DNA of 63,478 nucleotides, counting the filler, from Gonapodya sp. JEL0774 (taxonomy: Eukaryota): NCBI GenBank assembly GCA_027604505.1. It is 37 parts of 37 records of this genome, joined end to end, with 100 filler letters (N's around TTAATTAATTAA, not from the genome) between each part and the next. Parts side by side here need not be neighbours in the genome. Positions count along the whole stretch, not along the records: positions 1 to 1,629 come from JADIIX010002836.1; positions 1,730 to 3,358 come from JADIIX010002837.1; positions 3,459 to 5,087 come from JADIIX010002838.1; positions 5,188 to 6,816 come from JADIIX010002839.1; positions 6,917 to 8,544 come from JADIIX010002840.1; positions 8,645 to 10,272 come from JADIIX010002841.1; positions 10,373 to 11,999 come from JADIIX010002842.1; positions 12,100 to 13,725 come from JADIIX010002843.1; 29 more parts are not named here. The stretch is one strand, 5' to 3'. Made by a program: the position numbers and the translations under genes. The stretch's first letter is position 1. Every line of letters begins with the position of its first letter. Below, piece after piece: positions 1 through 13,825 of the stretch. The notes under the pieces are model-generated. The model worked only from the letters and a program-made list of their open reading frames with translations, ran no database searches and was not told the origin of the DNA.

Positions 1-1629
<1,629 letters not shown>

Positions 1630-1729
1630 NNNNNNNNNNNNNNNNNNNNNNNNNNNNNNNNNNNNNNNNNNNNTTAATTAATTAANNNNNNNNNNNNNNN
1701 NNNNNNNNNNNNNNNNNNNNNNNNNNNNN
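1630..1729. other. Artificial contig linker (N44-TTAATTAATTAA-N44); first of 36 copies spaced about 1.72 kb apart
   Basis: An identical 100-nt spacer with six-frame stop codons recurs through the window; the intervening contigs fall in length from 1629 to 1605 bp. Confidence 0.99.
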
Positions 1730-3038
1730 CGGAGCGACGACGTTTGCCAAAGCGGGTGCGGGGATCGTGTCCGTGGTGTGGGCACAGCCTAAGAATGACA
1801 CGACGTTTTACACGGACGATCCTGTCTACAAGCAGGCACTTCTGAGTGATTCTGGTGAGCGGGTCACCAAAGTGTTACGCTCAACCATGGCATTTATCAT
1901 CACACCGCCATTGCTTTATCACAACTCAGCCACCGTCGCCCTCACCTTCACAGATGATGCTAGCAATGCGACATTCTTCTACAGCACCTACAACGCGCAC
2001 GCTTTGATCGACGATAGTGATGTGAAAACGTTTTCGGCTCTCCTGAGCGAGTACAAGCTCCCCGCAAATTCTTCTGTCAATTGGGTTGCAAACAGAAACG
2101 TGTATCAGTTGTCGAGAGTCCGGGACGATGACGGATTCAACGGTGGGTCTCGGGGCGTCCTTTTACAGTGACATTACTATTCCCCAGAGCCAATGCTCTT
2201 TTAATCATTGATGCAATGACTTGACAATTCTAATTCCTCGCAGATTTCAAGCAATCCTATCTCGCCATGCCGGAGTACCTGCAGTCCGACATCATCCATC
2301 TCATGTATCCGACCTACAATCGAACCTGGAATCCCATATGGGCCAGAAACGTTTACAACAGTACGTGAGAGAAAGCAATCATCCGAGTGTTCATTATAAC
2401 CCGACCTTTGCTGATATTGGGTTCTCTTCATGCGAACAGACGACGGCTACACAAAATACAGCTACACCGACTGTCCAAACAATAACACCGCTTCTGCTTT
2501 CACCGACACTTTCCCTGCAGTGACGTGTCCTAGTACGAGCGCACCTTCCAGCGCTCCCGCGAGTTCATCTACATCTGCACCAGCTTCTGGATCCTCGAGC
2601 ACGGCTGCTCCGTCGAGCGCAACTCGAACCTCTACCAGCACAGCATCATCTTCCGCCACCAGTCAGTCGGGCTCTGGTGATGTGACAGGCTCTCAGCCAA
2701 GCGGTTCCGGATCCTCGGTTGGTATTACGGTGGGCGTGATCCTTGGATGTCTTGTTGCAGCTTTCGTTGGCGCATTTGCCTACCTGTGGAACCGACGGAG
2801 TCGGCGCCCTGACTATATAGCACGACGGCAGAGGGTGTTTGGGCAGGCATCGGCTAGCGCTGGCAGTTCAGCGGTCATGGTGGGAGAAGATGGAATACCG
2901 GCTGAGGCCGGGGCTGGAACGTGGGTGCAGATGCAGGATGCGGACGGGCAAGGGAGAGATGGTGAAGGGCAGGAGGAACAGTGGGTGCATCTGGAGACAG
3001 TGGCGCCGTCTGAGAGGCCTTCTCCGCTGCCGCGATGA
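1730..3038 (+). CDS. Type I membrane protein with Ser/Thr-rich stalk, 3' part, function unknown
   Basis: ORF 2430-3038 has an S/T/A/P-rich stalk, a TM helix (VGITVGVILGCLVAAFVGAFAYLW) and a basic stop-transfer (NRRSRR). Upstream exons look coding and carry several N-x-S/T sequons. Confidence 0.6.
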
Positions 3039-3458
3039 AAGCGCTGACAACAGCTGGTGGGTTATGATGTTCTCCGTCTAGGACACCGTGACGATTGGAG
3101 CAGCGACATCTTTAATTATCCAGGAAGTGGGAAGTCCACGTAATGAGTGAACAGGATGAACAGTGAAGATATCGTACTAAGTATTCATTGGAAAAATAGT
3201 GGAGACTACCCTCCTGCTGTCATAATGTATATCCAATACCTACACAAAAATCTGTCCTGTATCGGTCGGAATTTGTGTCTTTTCTTCCCCAACAAGCAGC
3301 TGGTTGAGAGTCCTCGCACACATGGTGGTGATCTTGCAACCCCACGAGTGCCTCCATCNNNNNNNNNNNNNNNNNNNNNNNNNNNNNNNNNNNNNNNNNN
3401 NNTTAATTAATTAANNNNNNNNNNNNNNNNNNNNNNNNNNNNNNNNNNNNNNNNNNNN

Positions 3459-5087
3459 ACCTGGAGCTTTCGGAGGAGAGACGTTTCCTGACGAAGGAGC
3501 CGGATCCACGTACAGTAAGTGGCTATTTTGATCACCTTGTCTATTGAACGAACTGGTCGCAATTGACTGTCTTGACTTAAATCTCCGGTGATACTGAAAA
3601 CCACTGTCACGTTAGTTCGATATCCGAATGGATCTTTCGTGCGCTGTGAAGATGAGCCGATTCATATTCCCGGCGCCATTCAGAGCTTCGGATGCATTTT
3701 CGCATTGGACAGGGAAACACTTGCTGTACGGCAGTGCTCTCTGAATGTAGCGCGATTTACGGGTCTGTCGCCGGCAAGGCTTTTCCTGACAAACTCACTG
3801 ACGGATATTCTGAAAAAAGAGGACGGTGCACTTCTCGCGGACACCGTTCGAGAACTGTCAGACGTGGAGATAGAAGGAGCCCCAGTCACATTTGTGCTCA
3901 ATTTCCCAGCAGGTAACTGCTGGGTCGCGGCACATATCTTCACCAAGAACCCAGGACTGGTGATTTTAGAAGGGGAGCTAGTCGAGGATCTGCAGCTCCC
4001 CCACCACCCAAACGTGCTCACCACGACAGAGTCACTCAAGAATGCTACAGAGGCTCTTCCTGACCACTCTGCTGAGTCTCAGGCTGCTATGACCGCCCGT
4101 CCGCACATAACTTATGCTCCTATGCGCATGACACTCTCTCTATTCTCACCACGCGGAACAGTTGTGTCAACGATGGAGACTTTCAGACTCTTGGATGAAA
4201 TAACTAGAAGGCTTGAAACCGCGCAAAGCATCTCGGAGCTTGCCTACATTGTGGTTCGGGTTGTCAATCAACTTGTTGGATTTCACCGAACCATGGTGTA
4301 TCAGGTAAGGTTCGCACTGTCGCGACTTCTACGCAACCACTATTCCTTCTTGATTTACCGTGTACTCATCAGTTTGATGAGACTTGGAATGGCAGCGTCG
4401 AAGCTGAGCATGTCGACGCCACCGCAACCTCTCCCTCGAGGTTCTTGGGACTCAAATTCCCTGCTGGAGACATTCCACCCCAAGCGCGAGCGCTGTACCA
4501 GCTGAATCGTGTGCGTCTTTTATATGATCGAACAGCTCCTACGAGCAGCTTGGTTTGCAGAACCTTGGAAGAGACAGCGAACCCACTGGATATGTCACAG
4601 TAAGCTTCTAGAAATTCCCAACAGTCGCTTCCGGACTTCCATTTTTAAGTATTACCGCTCATTTCGTGGTATTAGTTGCTTTCTCCGAGCCATGTCCCCA
4701 ATACACGTAACTTATCTTGGTAATATGGGAATCCAAGCAAGCCTTTCCATATCAATAGTCGCATTCGGCCGATTGTGGGGCTTAATCGCTTGCCACCATT
4801 ATGGACCCAGGAGAACATCATTCCCACTACGAAGAATGTGCAGAGCTGTCGGAGATATAGCGGGACGAGTGAGTTCCAGACTCCACCGGTTTGTCGGACA
4901 CACTTCCGTTGCTTACTTGTGCGATGTCATGGGATTCCCAGAACCTCGAGCGTCTCACGTATACATCTCGACTTTCCGCTCAGGACAAGCTTGCAAAGGC
5001 GGCATATCAATCAATGTCTAAGTCGGCCGTCATCCAAGAAATGATATCCACTTCGGTGCAAGACCTTTTGGCACTCTTCCGTGCAGG
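3459..5087 (+). CDS. Fungal-type phytochrome photosensory module (PAS2-GAF-start of PHY), partial, spliced
   Basis: RCEDEPIHIPGAIQSFG contains the N-terminal bilin-binding Cys. GFHRTMVYQ|FD spans intron 4306-4371. Further motifs are GLKFPAGDIPPQARALYQLNRVRLLYDR and LRAMSPIHVTYLGNMGIQASLSISIVAFGRLWGLIACHHY. Confidence 0.95.
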
Positions 5088-5328
5088 NNNNNNNNNNNNN
5101 NNNNNNNNNNNNNNNNNNNNNNNNNNNNNNNTTAATTAATTAANNNNNNNNNNNNNNNNNNNNNNNNNNNNNNNNNNNNNNNNNNNNGAACGACCGCTTA
5201 CGGTCGGGACTCCTCGGGGCGGCGGCAGCAGACATAAGTGCAGTGGGAAATAGGATAAAGGATATGTTTTAGAGGAAAGGGAGAGTAGGGAGGGGATTCT
5301 ACAAGCTATGGGGAGAGAAGGAAGGAGA

Positions 5329-5361
5329 GGGGTGGTGGGGTTAGGGAAGGGAAGGGAAGGG
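5329..5361 (+). repeat. G-rich purine tract (GGGAA repeats plus one TTAGGG); potential G-quadruplex
   Basis: Sequence ggggtggtggggttagggaagggaagggaaggg has at least six G3+ runs with short loops. Confidence 0.45.
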
Positions 5362-6044
5362 AACGAGAGAATCCTGTTCCTGCGCGTGGCCAAGTTGAAT
5401 CCGACGAGAGTTAAGTGCAGCTACCGCTTCAAACCGCTCTGCCATGATTTCAGCGCGTGACTCGCAGTGGAAGCAGCGTGAAATCTTGCTGGATCACCAC
5501 ACTGGAACTGGCTCTCATGACCCCGGAAACGACCCTGGCGCACGACGAGTGAAACGGAGGACATGTGTAGGCACCTGTAGGATACGATTGCTGAATTGAT
5601 ACGGAGGTCGGGCAGAAGAAAATGGAGAAACAGGCGCCTTGGTTCGGTGAGGAGGAAACTGGAAAATAGAAACACTGTCACCCCAAGTATGCAAACAGAG
5701 TAAGCGCAGGCAATCTGTATTTAGATTCTCACTAGGGTAGGGTTCACGGCGAAGCAGTCGACAGAAGGATATGATTGTAAATGGTGACACTTCACGGCCT
5801 TTTTTTTGGTGTTTCTGTGGGTCCAATTTCAAGACCGCACCCGTCAAGACCGTGCGTTGAGACTACGAATGAATTATGCCAGGTGGAATGAATTTTCGTC
5901 TAAACTATGGTCTCGAGCCTCCACTTCCCATTTCAACAACAGCCTCGCCACCTTCACCTACAGCGAGTTCGTTGACAAGATCAAGGGCCACATCCTGTCG
6001 AGAGATGGTGTTGAGTAATCAATGTTTTGAGAGTAACTCGATAT

Positions 6045-6816
6045 TCAGTGAGACAAAGTTCCACTCACATTGAATCCCCGCTTCATGAGCTCCTCAACCG
6101 TCTGCTGCAGCAGCTTGGCATCAGGCCTGACGTTGTTGTCCATCATGTCGTCCACCACCTCCTTCGCTGCGTCTACGTCACCTTGTTCGGCCAATCCTCG
6201 GATCAAGGAGGTGTAAATCTCAGGTGTGGGAGGAACCTCATCGGTGGGTTGCTCAAAGTCCATGAGCCGTTTGCTAAGTTGCGAGAATGGCAAGAAGTCG
6301 AGTTTTGTTTCGCGTTTTGGACGAGTGAATTAGATGATTAGGTGGACATGGTAAGTTCGGGGGGTCCGTAGTCTTGTGAACTCACGCCCCCCATGCGTCC
6401 CGTGCACCAATGAGAGCCGAAATAAGCAGCTGATATGTTTCGCTATCAGGCTTTATGCCGCGCTTCCTCATGGCATCTAGGAAAACAGCAGCATCGCTGT
6501 AAACCCAACCACCTGAAGTTGCGTTCTTGCGCACATATGCATTGAATTCCCCGAGAGCTGGTCGCACGCCCGCAGCTGACACGTCCTCGAGGAGTTTCGA
6601 GACGCGCTCGGGCACCGCGGACTTAAGGTGGAGTGAGAGAAGGGAACCAACATCATCGGGTGTGAGAGAACGGAGGTCGCTGGGATTAGCGGAGAGTTGT
6701 TCGTAGATACGGTTCACTTCCCACACATTCCCTTAAGGCATAATGGCATTGTGATTGTCGGCGGGCAAAGATTAGAAATTGGCGAACAGGAAAGCGCAAT
6801 TCGTCGAACAAGGATA
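6045..6816 (-). CDS. Pentatricopeptide-repeat (PPR) protein, C-terminal part
   Basis: PPR-like repeats: FNAYVR...FLDAMRKRGIKPDSETYQLLISAL and PTPEIYTSLIRGLAEQGDVDAAKEVVDDMMDNNVRPD; an intron lies between ORFs 6382-6726 and 6045-6293. Confidence 0.85.
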
Positions 6817-6916
6817 NNNNNNNNNNNNNNNNNNNNNNNNNNNNNNNNNNNNNNNNNNNNTTAATTAATTAANNNNNNNNNNNNNNNNNNNNNNNNNNNN
6901 NNNNNNNNNNNNNNNN

Positions 6917-8331
6917 GCAACCAGGCAATAAGACAAGTGGATAATGTTGCTGCAGTGACAGTAGCAGACAGCCCACCGCCCGCAGTTGAGATGCGAGTGG
7001 CACCAGCTGCTGATCCCCCACCTGCTCCTTTTCCAAGGTTGCAAATGTCGCCAGTAGCAACTGTGTGGTCAGAGAGCAGCTATGCGTTACCTCCTATTGG
7101 CAAACTGCGTGATGTCGGTTGGCCTGAGAATGATGGTCTTGACAATGGCCTTGAAAGCGGGACTAATGACAGTCTCGAACGCTTCAGCAAAGATTTTAAT
7201 GCAAAACCATATGAGACAGGATCCGACTACTTTGATTGGATGCGCGCCGTTGTTGTCGCATGTCTTGCTGCGTCGCAGAGTGGCAAGATCAACACTGCAC
7301 GTGTCAAAAATGCAGTTTTACCGCTATTGCCAGCACAGATTCAGACCGCTTTGCAAGGTCATCAGCCAGCACCACTGGGACCATATTCCATTACTGGCTT
7401 GCATAATTGGCCGATTCAGAATCTCCGAGACTTGTTCGCTTTTGCAGCGAACTTGATTGTCAACAAGAGCATGACTGACAATGCTCTCCGCTTGTTTCGT
7501 GATATGAAATGGCACTACTTCATCAATGCTAATGGCTCTGCAACGTCTGCAACCATCAATGATGTTATCACTACACTGCGTAACAACTTTGTTCGTGTCG
7601 AGGCGTATGCTCGACGTGAATTGAAGACTCGAGACGAGCGTGCTGCGCAAATGGCACAACGTGAGGCATTACTTCATGTGATTGGAAACACAAACGCAAC
7701 TCAGCTTGCTGGTGTGTGCGATCAAGAGAACGCATTGGCGAGTTTCAACGCTTTGTCGGCGAGAGCTCGTGTGATGGATTTGAAACCATTGAATGATACA
7801 CCACGTCCCTTGTTACCGGCAAGTGTGACTGTTGTTGATGGGGTAGTGATCACTCCACCAGTGCTGACTCCGGTGACGCTGCAACCACCTGCACTCAACA
7901 ACATGCAGAATGGCAACGGTGGCCACAGTGAAAACCAGAATAATGGAAACCAAGGTGACGATCACCCTGGTGGTGGACCAATGCGCGGTCGTGGTGGCTA
8001 CAGAGGCCGTGGAGGCTATCACTCTCAAAGTGGTTTCTATGGTCGTGGCGGATATCGTGGTGGATATCGTGGTGGATACCGTGGAGGGTATCAAGGTGGA
8101 TTTGGTGGTGGTGGTAACAGAAGGGATTACGATGCTGAGAATCCCGGGGAGTTTGTCATCAAATGTTTCAATTGTGGTGGGAAGAACCACTTGGCGGAGA
8201 CGTGCTCCAGCCCTCCTTCTAAGAGTCAGCTGAAGTATCTTGCAAAGAAAGCCACAAGAGGCCACGGTGGAAATGGACCAAATCAGAATGGAAACGGTGG
8301 TCACGGTTCAAGCAACAATGCCGCTGCGTGA
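6917..8331 (+). mobile_element. LTR-retrotransposon Gag-like ORF with RGG tract and CCHC zinc knuckle
   Basis: Intronless ORF of about 460 aa. C-terminal RGGY repeats are followed by CFNCGGKNHLAETC (CX2CX4HX4C). Confidence 0.8.
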
Positions 8332-8644
8332 GTGATCAAACTGTGTGGTGTGGAGTGAACACTTTTCTTTTCGGACAAACTTTCTATCGGACACTTTGTG
8401 TGGAGTGATATGAGAACATCAATGAGAAAGCTTATGATAGCTTATGTTTGAATCAAACTTCTTTTTATGTGGTACTCTGAGTGCCGTGAACATGTTGATT
8501 GAGTGAATGTTCCCAACTCTATCATTGAAATTTTGCAGTTTTAANNNNNNNNNNNNNNNNNNNNNNNNNNNNNNNNNNNNNNNNNNNNTTAATTAATTAA
8601 NNNNNNNNNNNNNNNNNNNNNNNNNNNNNNNNNNNNNNNNNNNN

Positions 8645-9165
8645 TCTTTCCCGCTGTTGTTTTTCTGCCTTATAGCATTATAGTGAATGTCCGAACAGGG
8701 ACGGTCGTCAACATCGAGTTCACTGCAAGTCACTGGAGCACTGTAATCCCCTAGCTACCGTGCTCACTTTCTCCTGCAGCTCCTTTGCTCTTAATTTATC
8801 GTGTAGGTCTCGAATCACGCGGTACTCCACCTGGAGTCGCGCAACCGCTCTTGTCCATCGATTTGCATCCATCGCCGAAAGCGAACGATCGTTCTGTCAG
8901 TTTTCATCCACCATCGCGACTCCCCCCACCCCAACAATCTTTCAAAACTCACTCACTCTCCCGCCTTCTCCCTCTTGTCCAGTTCTACCTCTCTCTTGGC
9001 CATAGAAGCCGCCTCATCCAACGATCGTTTCAACGTTCCCAGGCTGGCAGAAGTTTCCAGACTCGGATACGTGCCATTATTTGATGATGTCTCGAGTTCA
9101 GTGCGGAGTTGTGTCGAGCGTCGGTCAAGGCTGTTGAGCAGGCGAGTGAGGGTGGTCATTCGCAT
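8645..9165 (-). CDS. BOS1: Bos1/membrin-like Golgi SNARE, N-terminal exons
   Basis: LETSASLGTLKRSLDEAASMAKREVELDKREKAGE, spliced to AVARLQVEYRVIRDLHDKLR, resembles the Bos1 N-terminal helical bundle as recalled. Confidence 0.65.
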
Positions 9166-9621
9166 GGTGGTGAAGTTTTAAGTGGGAGGGCACATCCGAC
9201 TTTCCCTCTAGGGAGTCAAGAGAAAACTAGTGCGAAAGGCTGCAGTAAAATGAAGACTAGAAACAAATTTGGTTACGTGTATTTACAAGATAGGAAGGAC
9301 TCCGATCGTTACATTCCCCAACAAACTGGTCCTCCAGAGTACTGTGACTGGTGGGGTCGTGGCGCCGCAGTCTTCATGAACACATTTACCATGCATGTCC
9401 TTCTGCAAAAGTGCAATTCGTCCCCACTACCTCTCCTCGAACTGCACCTCCACCATACGGTTGGCTGTGTGCCTGCGTGACGTCCCCACGAGTGAAGCTT
9501 GACCTGGATCACTCGATCTGTCCTATATGGTCACCTACACAAACACCAAATCACGATCCCTGAGCCTCACTGACGTTACAAACTCGAACGGTTCGAGAAC
9601 GACGGACCTTCGAGGAGCTGT

Positions 9622-10272
9622 TTAGCCAACCAAGGTCTTCATCCACCCAAACGCCGACCTCGCATCCATGAGGATATCCCACTTGCCGAGGTGGTCATGA
9701 TGCGACTGCTGTCCCGGGTATTCATCCACACCCATGCCCACACTACTCTCAACATCGTGAGCACCCAAAGCACCGCCCGTCAGGTGGTTCGAGGAAGTTG
9801 GTAGGTCGAGTTTCGCAGCCGAATAGTCGGGTACAGTTACATTATATGGCACATAGCGAGGGATGACCGAGGCGAGGATGGCTGTGAGTTCCTCGTGGGG
9901 TGTCGTCCCCCGCCGATCGGTAATCTTTACCGATAGGACGATATGAGTGCGTCAATGGACATATCAAATCACTCAAAGGTGTTTCGGACACGGACCTCGA
10001 CCCCAATGCCCCGGGGCTGCCCCCCGACAGTGATACTGGCAACCCGTGCAACAAGGACACCATTTGGGGCTTCGAAAGTGTCGCCAATCAGGGATAAAGT
10101 TTGTCGCAGGCTCCATATAGATTTGGACTTGGATAAAGTGAAAAGGGAGGCAAGTCAGGCGCGGTGAGTGGATACAACGACAAATGGATGGCGGCACCCA
10201 GTCCCAGAGCTCCCAACCAACTCAAACGTAGCGGGGAGCTCCCAAGTTACTCAGATAACAGCGGAAGCTACA
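9622..10272 (-). CDS. Probable Mediator subunit Med20-like protein, 3' part
   Basis: Exon SKSIWSLRQTLSLIGDTFEAPNGVLVARVASITVGGQPRGIGVE resembles the Med20 W..RQ...G..(Y/F)E....(I/V)RV......RGI.VE pattern; the final exon ends at stop 9622. Confidence 0.5.
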
Positions 10273-10372
10273 NNNNNNNNNNNNNNNNNNNNNNNNNNNN
10301 NNNNNNNNNNNNNNNNTTAATTAATTAANNNNNNNNNNNNNNNNNNNNNNNNNNNNNNNNNNNNNNNNNNNN

Positions 10373-10681
10373 CGTTTTTACGCAGCGACTTTGCTCGCCA
10401 CGGAACCCTTTTCAACTCACACGAGCCAACTTCTCTCCCAAGCCTGCGGTGCTTCCACAGCCGCCCCAGCTAGCTCCTCCTCTGCCGGCTCCGGCACCGC
10501 CACCAGCGCCGCCGGCTCGCCCCCTGCCGCTGCCAGCACCACCGCGGCTGCTCCCCCCACTGCCACCACCGCTGCCGCCGCCGCCACCACGGCGAAGGCT
10601 GGCAGTGCTGGTCGTGGATACAGCCAATCTGGTGTCGTTGCCGCACTTGTCGGTGTTGCCGCAGCTGCGTTTGCTCTGTAA
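10373..10681 (+). CDS. GPI-anchored-like Ser/Thr/Ala-rich cell-surface protein, C-terminus
   Basis: An S/T/A-rich linker is followed by small residues (AGSAG) and a terminal hydrophobic tail VVAALVGVAAAAFAL-stop. Confidence 0.7.
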   Translation, partial: RFYAATLLATEPFSTHTSQLLSQACGASTAAPASSSSAGSGTATSAAGSPPAAASTTAAAPPTATTAAAAATTAKAGSAGRGYSQSGVVAALVGVAAAAFAL

Positions 10682-10960
10682 GGTATGGTATGATATGATG
10701 GATCTCGAGTGTGGGAGAGTGGAGAGTATGTAGAGTGGTTGAGCAGACGTAAAGTTAATGAGGTGGGATGACGATCCCGTACTTGTACTCTTGTAGAGGA
10801 CGCTTGGAATTTCATTTTTCGATCATGTTCCAACACTTAGTTTGGGGGCTCTGAAGAGTACCAAACACTCTGTCATTCTCCCCCATGAAACATAGGCAAA
10901 ACAAAACACGTAAAACATATATTCCGGAACGTGAAATCTGCGCAAGAATTTCAAGTGTTG

Positions 10961-11254
10961 TTAGCAGCAGGTACATTGACATTCAGGGATTACAGCAGTT
11001 GGGCAATCAAAATCAACGAACTGAATGTCATAAAAGCACGGAATTCGTTTTCCGACTGTCGGATGTTGACTGAACGTCGCATGATAATCTCGAGATAATT
11101 TCGGTACTGTACCATAGACAGTTTTCGGATCTAGACGAGCGACGATGTTGTCCCAAAGGGCCTCTGGTGGCAGGTCAAGAATGCAGAAGACCGGTTTTTT
11201 GTGTATGTCTGGCGGAGAAGGTCGAGCTCGCTTTCGCTTTCCATCGCGGGCCAT
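10961..11254 (-). CDS. F-box-like protein (short or truncated)
   Basis: ILDLPPEALWDNIVARLDPKTVYGTVPKLSRDY fits the F-box consensus (LP.E....I...L.......V..V.R). Confidence 0.6.
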   Translation of the reverse strand: MARDGKRKRARPSPPDIHKKPVFCILDLPPEALWDNIVARLDPKTVYGTVPKLSRDYHATFSQHPTVGKRIPCFYDIQFVDFDCPTAVIPECQCTCC

Positions 11255-13825
11255 GAGGTCTTACGTTGCCCGCGAAGTACGGGGAAGAGCCGTGCGCCGA
11301 TATTCCAGTCTGGGATGACAGAGAATCCCTTGATGGCTGACTTTGCAGTGCTCCGGGTCTCTTTTTTCTGCTACCGGCTGTTCCTGAACATGGTCTGTTG
11401 TGTTGACTGACGTCAGGGCGCCACTGTCGTCTGAAAACTGAAAATGCTTACAGTAAAGCCATGAATCGCCGCTATCAACGCATCGCCGCCTCTTTCGTCC
11501 TTGTTTCCGTATTTGCATTTGCTTACCGCACCATTCCGGCACGTGAATTCATCAGTGCGGTGAGCTCAAGCGAGAACACTCAACGACTGACAGCGAGACT
11601 GAGAGAAGCACGTGGGTACCCGGAGCAAGACAATCACCGTCGAAGCGGTCTTGGTGACGGCGTGAGTGAGCTGTGTTTTTGATCATGCAATGCTAGTTTC
11701 GCGGCCCCGCGAAGATCATTCAACTCGCAATATCCGTCACACTTCAGAAATCTTCGCATCAGCGGCGCAAAGAGATTCATCTCGAAAAAAATCCTCCTCC
11801 AGAATGGATAGGTTCCCGCTGGACAATGCCTTTCGGAACACAGCTTCGGACTCTTGAAGATTTGAAAGCTGAGGATCCATTCGCCGACGCTGAATTCTGT
11901 CTTCCTGGCACCGGTGCTAATTCAGGAACTCATTCGCTCTGTACTACGCGTGAAGCGACTGCGGAGGAGCTTGAGGCAGGCTTTACAGCGCTCAGGTGTN
12001 NNNNNNNNNNNNNNNNNNNNNNNNNNNNNNNNNNNNNNNNNNNTTAATTAATTAANNNNNNNNNNNNNNNNNNNNNNNNNNNNNNNNNNNNNNNNNNNNA
12101 CGCCTACTGGTGACGGATAGTTCTCAACAAAGAATCCATATTTTGCAATCTTCCAATCCTGGAAAGTTCATGACCCTTGTCAGCCGACAGTTGTGATAAC
12201 TTCACTGCACGATCCTGATCCTACCACCGGATTCAGCGCGACTGCGTGGACCTTGATGAGAACCTTTGCAGGAAGCAAGACTCTTAATGCCTAAAGAACA
12301 AGCTAATCACGCGACAGAAGGGCTCCTACCTCTCCTGGGCCTGGTTTTGGTCTGGGGAGCGAGAGAATCTCATAACGCCCTGAAACCGGTTCGTAAGCCA
12401 CGAATCGCCACGTGGAGCGAGTATCTGCGCTACCTACCGGCGGCCTTGCTTGGGATACAGACAGCTTGCATGTTTTTGGTCCGTGTCGACGTAGTCAGAA
12501 GTGGATGGAACTTTCCGGGTTCACGTTACCCGGCTTACGTAATAGAATATGCGCGATCACCATGCAAGACGATGCCGCACTTCGAAACGGGTGGAAACCA
12601 AAATCCGGGGACAATGAATCTGATATAAGGTGAAATCGCTCGGAAGGAGACTTATTCGAGTTTGGAAACATCTCACCAGCGCCCATGATCAGGTATACAA
12701 CGCCAAAATATACCTGCGTCGGAAAACCTCCGCAACGCGGTATCACTTATAATTAAGTGGCGAGCGAGCAACAAGAAATACCAGATTGGTGCAACTTTTA
12801 GTGTATCTTCGCAACCCGGTGCAACTGCGATCGACATTTGGAGATCTCCTCCCCGAAGCAGTTCACGTCAGCAATTTCAAACCAAATTGAAATCTTCATC
12901 GACTAGCGCACTGAGGTCAGTGTTCTGTTGAGCATGCGTCCGTACCCTATGACAGTCAGATCGCCTGGATCATCACATTGAGATGAGTGTAGATGCGCTG
13001 TACCTCATCAGACCCCGGATGTCATCTGTATCATGGAACTTGACGGTTCTTCATCATTCTTATACGTGTGAGCTTGACGGACCCTTGATCGTCATCCCTT
13101 GCTCTATCGATCTTCCCTGACTCGCAGTAGCGGAGGAATACGAGTGACCATTACTAACAATAAACTTGTTGACCGTTCTTCTCCAAAATCATCTAGTCTC
13201 GCTGTACAAAGACTTCACTACACAAAAAACGATCAGGTCAAGCATATGTCTTCCTTCGAGGCAACCTAAAGTAGGAGTGTGCACGTCCAGCACTTAACAC
13301 CTTTCTTATCCTCCACCGCATCATCCGTTGCTTCCAATCGCGGATACGCCCTCACCTTCTTCCACTCATCAAATTCAGCTCTCTCGAAACGTGCTCTTCT
13401 CCACAGGGGCGAAATTTGCCACTGTCTTCTACGATCGAGACATCGGCCAAAACAACCGTAGTCCCACAAATTCAACCGATTCAGCCTATTCCTCGACGAC
13501 TGATTTGGGTCTAATGAACTCAAGTCGTATCGATGAGGCCGAAGTGGGCGTGCACCCAGACCCCGTTGACGCTTCGTATGAACGGCGGCAATTCGTGCTC
13601 ACGCCAATCCGCGTGGGATTCCAAAATGGGATCCAGTCGGCTGATGTCCGGCTTTTGGAGGTCGAATCTGCTGTCCAGAAGGGATCCGGCCTTGGTGACG
13701 TATTCATTAGATGTGAGGTTGCCAANNNNNNNNNNNNNNNNNNNNNNNNNNNNNNNNNNNNNNNNNNNNTTAATTAATTAANNNNNNNNNNNNNNNNNNN
13801 NNNNNNNNNNNNNNNNNNNNNNNNN

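Noticed and set aside
1630..1729. Regularly spaced TTAATTAATTAA repeats as a CRISPR-like or biological array
   Set aside because: Each copy is embedded in fixed N runs; this is a six-frame-stop assembly spacer.
5337..5346. TTAGGG as a telomere remnant
   Set aside because: It is a single unit within a purine-rich tract, with no tandem array.
5806..6018. Possible non-LTR retrotransposon ORF2 C-terminus (LW.R...FNN...KIK)
   Set aside because: The resemblance is too short and no RT or CCHC motif is visible upstream.
12100..13725. Fragmentary protein-like frames (also in 19003-20626, 25892-27510 and 51634-53242)
   Set aside because: No family motif was recognised and no consistent exon chain could be built, so they were left uncalled.
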